NCBI GenBank assembly: GCA_964057225.1
Contig: CAXKVF010000074.1
Span: forward strand, 868,001 to 932,000
Direction: 5' to 3'
Length of the DNA: 64,000 bases
DNA from: Auanema rhodensis
Taxonomy: Eukaryota > Animalia > Nematoda
Positions 55,612 through 64,000 of this stretch are shown piece after piece (positions within the stretch are counted from its first letter, which is position 1; each line of letters begins with the position of its first letter). The translations under genes and the position numbers were made by a program. Below the pieces are notes generated by a model. The model was not told where the DNA came from. It did not search any database and was given only the letters and a program-made list of their open reading frames with translations.

Positions 55612-58600
55612 TCACGTGAAAGATAAAGAGATGCGGTTTTCAAAATTAGATTCCCCATGTCCATATTAGTCTAAAAACAAATTTTTATTGATATTAGTTC
55701 ATGGTAACCATGACTTTGAAATTTACGTGAACTTTAATTTATGCTAATTAAATGTACACGTGATGTGCACTTGGTATGTAACTCGCTTCACGTGAAAGAT
55801 AAAGAGATGCGGTTTTCAAAATTAGATTCCCCATGTCCATATTAGTCTAAAAACAAATTTTTATTGATATTGGTTCATGGTAACCATGACTTTGCAGTTT
55901 ACGTGAACTTTAATTAATGCTAATTAAATGTACACGTGATGTGCACTTGGTATGTAACTCGCTTCACGTGAAAGATAAAGAGATGCGGTTTTCAAAATTA
56001 GATTCCCCATGTCCATATTAGTCTAAAAACAAATTTTTCTCGATATTGGTTCATGGTAACCATGACTTTGAAATTTACGTGAACTTTAATTTATGCTAAT
56101 TAAATGTACACGTGATGTGCACTTGGTATGTAACTCGCTTCACGTGAAAGATGAAGAGATGCGGTTTTCAAAATTAGATTCCCCATGTCCATATTAGTCT
56201 AAAAACAAATTTTTATTGATATTGGTGCATGGTAACCATGACTTTGAAATTTACGTGAACTTTAATTTATGCTAATTAAATGTACACGTGATGTGCACTT
56301 GGTATGTAACTCGCTTCACGTGAAAGATGAAGAGATGCGGTTTTCAAAATTAGATTCCCCATGTCCATATTAGTCTAAAAACAAATTTTTATTGATATTG
56401 GTGCATGGTAACCATGACTTTGAAATTTACGTGAACTTTAATTTATGCTAATTAAATGTACACGTGATGTGCACTTGGTATGTAACTCGCTTCACGTGAG
56501 AGATAAAGAGATGCGGTTTTCAAAATTAGATTCCCCATGTCCATATTAGTCTAAAAACAAATTTTTATTGATATTGGTGCATGGTAACCATGACTTTGAA
56601 ATTTACGTGAACTTTAATTTATGCTAATTAAATGTACACGTGATGTGCACTTGGTATGTAACTCGCTTCACGTGAAAGATAAAGAGATGCGGTTTTCAAA
56701 ATTAGATTCCCCATGTCCATATTAGTCTAAAAACAAATTTTTATTGATATTGGTGCATGGTAACCATGACTTTGAAATTTACGTGAACTTTAATTTATGC
56801 TAATTAAATGTACACGTGATGTGCACTTGGTATGTAACTCTCTTCACGTGAAAGATAAAGAGATGCGGTTTTCAAAATTAGATTCCCCAACTCCATATTA
56901 GTCTAAAAACAAATTTTTATTGATATTGGTTCATGGTAACCATGACTTTGAAATTTACGTGAACTTTAATTTATGCTAATTAAATGTACACGTGATGTGC
57001 ACTTGGTATGTAACTCGCTTCACGTGAAAGATGAAGAGATGCGGTTTTCAAAATTAGATTCCCCATTTCCATATTAGTCTAAAAACAAATTTTTATTGAT
57101 ATTGGTTCATGGTAACCATGACTTTGAAATTTACGTGAACTTTAATTTATGCTAATTAAATGTACACGTGATGTGCACTTGGTATGTAACTCGCTTCACG
57201 TGAAAGATGAAGAGATGCGGTTTTCAAAATTAGATTCCCCATGTCCATATTAGTCTAAAAACAAATTTTTATTGATATTGGTGCATGGTAACCATGACTT
57301 TGAAATTTACGTGAACTTTAATTTATGCTAATTAAATGTACACGTGATGTGCACTTGGTATGTAACTCGCTTCACGTGACAGATAAAGAGATGCGGTTTT
57401 CAAAATTAGATTCCCCATGTCCATATTAGTCTAAAAACAAATTTTTATTGATATTGGTGCATGGTAACCATGACTTTGAAATTTACGTGAACTTTAATTT
57501 ATGCTAATTAAATGTACACGTGATGTGCACTTGGTATGTAACTCTCTTCACGTGAAAGATAAAGAGATGCGGTTTTCAAAATTAGATTCCCCATGTCCAT
57601 ATTAGTCTAAAAACAAATTTTTATTGATATTGGTGCATGGTAACCATGACTTTGAAATTTACGTGAACTTTAATTTATGCTAATTAAATGTACACGTGAT
57701 GTGCACTTGGTATGTAACTCGCTTCACGTGAAAGATAAAGAGATGCGGTTTTCAAAATTAGATTCCCCATGTCCATATTAGTCTAAAAACAAATTTTTAT
57801 TGATATTGGTGCATGGTAACCATGACTTTGAAATTTACGTGAACTTTAATTTATGCTAATTAAATGTACACGTGATGTGCACTTGGTATGTAACTCTCTT
57901 CACGTGAAAGATAAAGAGATGCGGTTTTCAAAATTAGATTCCCCATGTCCATATTAGTCTAAAAACAAATTTTTATTGATATTGGTTCATGGTAACCATG
58001 ACTTTGAAATTTACGTGAACTTTAATTTATGCTAATTAAATGTACACGTGATGTGCACTTGGTATGTAACTCGCTTCACGTGAAAGATAAAGAGATGCGG
58101 TTTTCAAAATTAGATTCCCCATGTCCATATTAGTCTAAAAACAAATTTTTATTGATATTGGTTCATGGTAACCATGACTTTGAAATTTACGTGAACTTTA
58201 ATTTATGCTAATTAAATGTACACGTGATGTGCACTTGGTATGTAACTCGCTTCACGTGACAGATAAAGAGATGCGGTTTTCAAAATTAGATTCCCCATGT
58301 CCATATTAGTCTAAAAACAAATTTTTATTGATATTGGTGCATGGTAACCATGACTTTGAAATTTACGTGAACTTTAATTTATGCTAATTAAATGTACACG
58401 TGATGTGCACTTGGTATGTGACTCGCTTCACGTGAAAGATAAAGAGATGCGGTTTTCAAAATTAGATTCCCCATGTCCATATTAGTCTAAAAACAAATTT
58501 TTATTGATATTGGTGCATGGTAACCATGACTTTGAAATTTACGTGAACTTTAATTTATGCTAATTAAATGTACACGTGATGTGCACTTGGTATGTAACTC

Positions 58601-58955
58601 TCTTCACGTGAAAGATAAAGAGATGCGGTTTTCAAAATTAGATTCCCCATGTCCATATTAGTCTAAAAACAAATTTTTATTGATATTGGTTCATGGTAAC
58701 CATGACTTTGAAATTTACGTGAACTTTAATTTATGCTAATTAAATGTACACGTGATGTGCACTTGGTATGTAACTCGCTTCACGTGAAAGATGAAGAGAT
58801 GCGGTTTTTAAAATTAGATTCCCCATGTCCATATTAGTCTAAAAACAAATTTTTATTGATATTGGTGCATGGTAACCATGACTTTGAAATTTACGTGAAC
58901 TTTAATTTATGCTAATTAAATGTACACGTGATGTGCACTTGGTATGTAACTCGCT

Positions 58956-61419
58956 TCACGTGAAAGATGAAGAGATGCGGTTTTCAAAATTAGATTCCCC
59001 ATGTCCATATTAGTCTAAAAACAAATTTTTATTGATATTGGTGCATGGTAACCATGACTTTGAAATTTACGTGAACTTTAATTTATGCTGATTAAATGTA
59101 CACGTGATGTGCACTTGGTATGTAACTCGCTTCACGTGAGAGATAAAGAGATGCGGTTTTCAAAATTAGATTCCCCATGTCCATATTAGTCTAAAAACAA
59201 ATTTTTATTGATATTGGTGCATGGTAACCATGACTTTGAAATTTACGTGAACTTTAATTTATGCTAATTAAATGTACACGTGATGTGCACTTGGTATGTA
59301 ACTCGCTTCACGTGAAAGATAAAGAGATGCGGTTTTCAAAATTAGATTCCCCATGTCCATATTAGTCTAAAAACAAATTTTTATTGATATTGGTTCATGG
59401 TAACCATGACTTTGAAATTTACGTGAACTTTAATTTATGCTAATTAAATGTACACGTGATGTGCACTTGGTATGTAACTCGCTTCACGTGAAAGATAAAG
59501 AGATGCGGTTTTCAAAATTAGATTCCCCATGTCCATATTAGTCTAAAAACAAATTTTTATTGATATTGGTTCATGGTAACCATGACTTTGAAATTTACGT
59601 GAACTTTAATTTATGCTAATTAAATGTACACGTGATGTGCACTTGGTATGTAACTCGCTTCACGTGAAAGATAAAGAGATGCGGTTTTCAAAATTAGATT
59701 CCCCATGTCCATATTAGTCTAAAAACAAATTTTTATTGATATTGGTGCATGGTAACCATGACTTTGAAATTTACGTGAACTTTAATTTATGCTAATTAAA
59801 TGTACACGTGATGTGCACTTGGTATGTAACTCGCTTCACGTGAAAGATAAAGAGATGCGGTTTCCAAAATTAGATTCCCCATGTCCATATTAGTCTAAAA
59901 ACAAATTTTTATTGATATTGGTTCATGGTAACCATGACTTTGAAATTTACGTGAACTTTAATTTATGCTAATTAAATGTACACGTGATGTGCACTTGGTA
60001 TGTAACTCGCTTCACGTGAAAGATAAAGAGATGCGGTTTTCAAAATTAGATTCCCCATGTCCATATTAGTCTAAAAACAAATTTTCATTGATATTGGTGC
60101 ATGGTAACCATGACTTTGAAATTTACGTGAACTTTAATTTATGCTAATTAAATGTACACGTGATGTTAACTTGGTATGTAACTCGCTTCACGTGAAAGAT
60201 GAAGAGATGCGGTTTTCAAAATTAGATTCCCCATGTCCATATTAGTCTAAAAACAAATTTTTATTGATATTGGTGCATGGTAACCATGACTTTGAAATTT
60301 ACGTGAACTTTAATTTATGCTAATTAAATGTACACGTGATGTGCTCTTGGTATGTAACTCGCTTCACGTGAGAGATAAAGAGATGCGGTTTTCAAAATTA
60401 GATTCCCCATGTCCATATTAGTCTAAAAACAAATTTTTATTGATATTGGTGCATGGTAACCATGACTTTGAAATTTACGTGAACTTTAATTTATGCTAAT
60501 TAAATGTACACGTGATGTGCACTTGGTATGTAACTCGCTTCACGTGAAAGATAAAGAGATGCGGTTTTCAAAATTAGATTCCCCATGTCCATATTAGTCT
60601 AAAAACAAATTTTTATTGATATTGGTTCATGGTAACCATGACTTTGAAATTTACGTGAACTTTAATTTATGCTAATTAAATGTACACGTGATGTGCACTT
60701 GGTATGTAACTCGCTTCACGTGAAAGATAAAGAGATGCGGTTTTCAAAATTAGATTCCCCATGTCCATATTAGTCTAAAAACAAATTTTTATTGATATTG
60801 GTTCATGGTAACCATGACTTTGAAATTTACGTGAACTTTAATTTATGCTAATTAAATGTACACGTGATGTGCACTTGGTATGTAACTCGCTTCACGTGAA
60901 AGATAAAGAGATGCGGTTTTCAAAATTAGATTCCCCATGTCCATATTAGTCTAAAAACAAATTTTTATTGATATTGGTGCATGGTAACCATGACTTTGAA
61001 ATTTACGTGAACTTTAATTTATGCTAATTAAATGTACACGTGATGTGCACTTGGTATGTAACTCGCTTCACGTGAAAGATAAAGAGATGCGGTTTCCAAA
61101 ATTAGATTCCCCATGTCCATATTAGTCTAAAAACAAATTTTTATTGATATTGGTTCATGGTAACCATGACTTTGAAATTTACGTGAACTTTAATTTATGC
61201 TAATTAAATGTACACGTGATGTGCACTTGGTATGTAACTCGCTTCACGTGAAAGATAAAGAGATGCGGTTTTCAAAATTAGATTCCCCATGTCCATATTA
61301 GTCTAAAAACAAATTTTTATTGATATTGGTGCATGGTAACCATGACTTTGAAATTTACGTGAACTTTAATTTATGCTAATTAAATGTACACGTGATGTGC
61401 ACTTGGTATGTAACTCGCT
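58956..61419. repeat. Tandem 7-monomer (1232-bp) duplication (58956-60187 / 60188-61419)
   Basis: The order [GATGAAG,G][GAGAGAT,G][T][T][G][TTTCC,T][G] occurs twice. GGTTTCCAAAA is at 59864 and 61096. Confidence 0.85.
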
Positions 61420-64000
61420 TCACGTGAAAGATGAAGAGATGCGGTTTTCAAAATTAGATTCCCCATGTCCATATTAGTCTAAAAACAAATTTTTATTGAT
61501 ATTGGTGCATGGTAACCATGACTTTGAAATTTACGTGAACTTTAATTTATGCTAATTAAATGTACACGTGATGTGCACTTGGTATGTAACTCGCTTCACG
61601 TGAGAGATAAAGAGATGCGGTTTTCAAAATTAGATTCCCCATGTCCATATTAGTCTAAAAACAAATTTTTATTGATATTGGTGCATGGTAACCATGACTT
61701 TGAAATTTACGTGAACTTTAATTTATGCTAATTAAATGTACACGTGATGTGCACTTGGTATGTAACTCGCTTCACGTGAAAGATAAAGAGATGCGGTTTT
61801 CAAAATTAGATTCCCCATGTCCATATTAGTCTAAAAACAAATTTTTATTGATATTGGTGCATGGTAACCATGACTTTGAAATTTACGTGAACTTTAATTT
61901 ATGCTAATTAAATGTACACGTGATGTGCACTTGGTATGTAACTCTCTTCACGTGAAAGATAAAGAGATGCGGTTTTCAAAATTAGATTCCCCATGTCCAT
62001 ATTAGTCTAAAAACAAATTTTTATTGATATTGGTGCATGGTAACCATGACTTTGAAATTTACGTGAACTTTAATTTATGCTAATTAAATGTACACGTGAT
62101 GTGCACTTGGTATGTAACTCGCTTCACGTGAAAGATGAAGAGATGCGGTTTTCAAAATTAGATTCCCCATGTCCATATTAGTCTAAAAACAAATTTTTAT
62201 TGATATTGGTGCATGGTAACCATGACTTTGAAATTTACGTGAACTTTAATTTATGCTAATTAAATGTACACGTGATGTGCACTTGGTATGTAACTCGCTT
62301 CACGTGAGAGATAAAGAGATGCGGTTTTCAAAATTAGATTCCCCATGTCCATATTAGTCTAAAAACAAATTTTTATTGATATTGGTGCATGGTAACCATG
62401 ACTTTGAAATTTACGTGAACTTTAATTTATGCTAATTAAATGTACACGTGATGTGCACTTGGTATGTAACTCGCTTCACGTGAAAGATAAAGAGATGCGG
62501 TTTTCAAAATTAGATTCCCCATGTCCATATTAGTCTAAAAACAAATTTTTATTGATATTGGTGCATGGTAACCATGACTTTGAAATTTACGTGAACTTTA
62601 ATTTATGCTAATTAAATGTACACGTGATGTGCACTTGGTATGTAACTCTCTTCACGTGAAAGATAAAGAGATGCGGTTTTCAAAATTAGATTCCCCATGT
62701 CCATATTAGTCTAAAAACAAATTTTTATTGATATTGGTTCATGGTAACCATGACTTTGAAATTTACGTGAACTTTAATTTATGCTAATTAAATGTACACG
62801 TGATGTGCACTTGGTATGTAACTCGCTTCACGTGAAAGATAAAGAGATGCGGTTTTCAAAATTAGATTCCCCATGTCCATATTAGTCTAAAAACAAATTT
62901 TTATTGATATTGGTTCATGGTAACCATGACTTTGAAATTTACGTGAACTTTAATTTATGCTAATTAAATGTACACGTGATGTGCACTTGGTATGTAACTC
63001 GCTTCACGTGAAAGATAAAGAGATGCGGTTTTCAAAATTAGATTCCCCATGTCCATATTAGTCTAAAAACAAATTTTTATTGATATTGCTTCATGGTAAC
63101 CATGACTTTGAAATTTACGTGAACTTTAATTTATGCTAATTAAATGTACACGTGATGTGCACTTGGTATGTAACTCGCTTCACGTGAAAGATGAAGAGAT
63201 GCGGTTTTCAAAATTAGATTCCCCATTTCCATATTAGTCTAAAAACAAATTTTTATTGATATTGGTTCATGGTAACCATGACTTTGAAATTTACGTGAAC
63301 TTTAATTTATGCTAATTAAATGTACACGTGATGTGCACTTGGTATGTAACTCGCTTCACGTGAAAGATGAAGAGATGCGGTTTTCAAAATTAGATTCCAT
63401 ATGTCCATATTAGTCTAAAAACAAATTTTTATTGATATTGGTGCATGGTAACCATGACTTTGAAATTTACGTGAACTTTAATTTATGCTAATTAAATGTA
63501 CACGTGATGTGCACTTGGTATGTAACTCGCTTCACGTGAAAGATGAAGAGATGCGGTTTTCAAAATTAGATTCCCCATGTCCATATTAGTCTAAAAACAA
63601 ATTTTTATTGATATTGGTGCATGGTAACCATGACTTTGAAATTTACGTGAACTTTAATTTATGCTAATTAAATGTACACGTGATGTGCACTTGGTATGTA
63701 ACTCGCTTCACGTGAAAGATGAAGAGATGCGGTTTTCAAAATTAGATTCCCCATGTCCATATTAGTCTAAAAACAAATTTTTATTGATATTGGTGCATGG
63801 TAACCATGACTTTGAAATTTACGTGAACTTTAATTTATGCTAATTAAATGTACACGTGATGTGCACTTGGTATGTAACTCGCTTCACGTGAGAGATAAAG
63901 AGATGCGGTTTTCAAAATTAGATTCCCCATGTCCATATTAGTCTAAAAACAAATTTTTATTGATATTGGTGCATGGTAATCATGACTTTGAAATTTACGT

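Larger units (their letters stand above)
1..64000. repeat. 176-bp tandem satellite array (363 full monomers + 117-bp partial), highly homogeneous, putative centromeric/pericentromeric satellite DNA
   Basis: TCACGTGAAAGATAAAGAG recurs at 1, 177, 353 ... 881, 2641 (15x176). Monomer 360 starts at 63180, which equals 1+359x176 minus the net 5 bp of indels seen. Consensus GC is 56/176. Satellite identity is direct; a centromeric role is inferred only from monomer length, AT richness and homogeneity. Confidence 0.99.

Noticed and set aside
1-64000. CRISPR array or other repeat-spacer system
   Set aside because: There are no unique spacers. The whole 176-bp unit repeats, and no cas or other genes are present.
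1-64000. Embedded transposon, inversion or telomeric repeat
   Set aside because: Monomer phase is accounted for end to end (net -5 bp), leaving no room for an insertion. No reverse-orientation units or telomere motifs were seen.
1-64000. Pure assembly or synthetic concatemer artefact
   Set aside because: Hierarchically shared, spatially clustered variants look like real array evolution, though exact local copy numbers still need read support.

Overview
The whole 64-kb window is one uninterrupted head-to-tail tandem array of a 176-bp AT-rich (~32% GC) satellite monomer: 363 complete copies plus a 117-bp partial, all in one orientation and running off both edges. Consensus phased at position 1: TCACGTGAAAGATAAAGAGATGCGGTTTTCAAAATTAGATTCCCCATGTCCATATTAGTCTAAAAACAAATTTTTATTGATATTGGT(T/G)CATGGTAACCATGACTTTGAAATTTACGTGAACTTTAATTTATGCTAATTAAATGTACACGTGATGTGCACTTGGTATGTAACTCGCT. 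Copies differ from consensus by about 0-5 substitutions, and I saw only six indels (net -5 bp). I found no credible genes, RNA genes, transposon insertions, inversions or CRISPR spacers. The length, composition and homogeneity fit a eukaryotic (peri)centromeric satellite, but I cannot name the family or species. The informative structure is at two scales. Within the monomer there are many short dyads and three roughly helically phased ACGTGA (E-box/G-box core) motifs. Along the array, rare variants define spatial domains and local 4-, 7-, 8-, 10-, 19- and ~23-monomer duplications or incipient higher-order repeats (HORs). The sequence does not support a novel gene-encoded system. Variants were catalogued by eye and should be confirmed by alignment.
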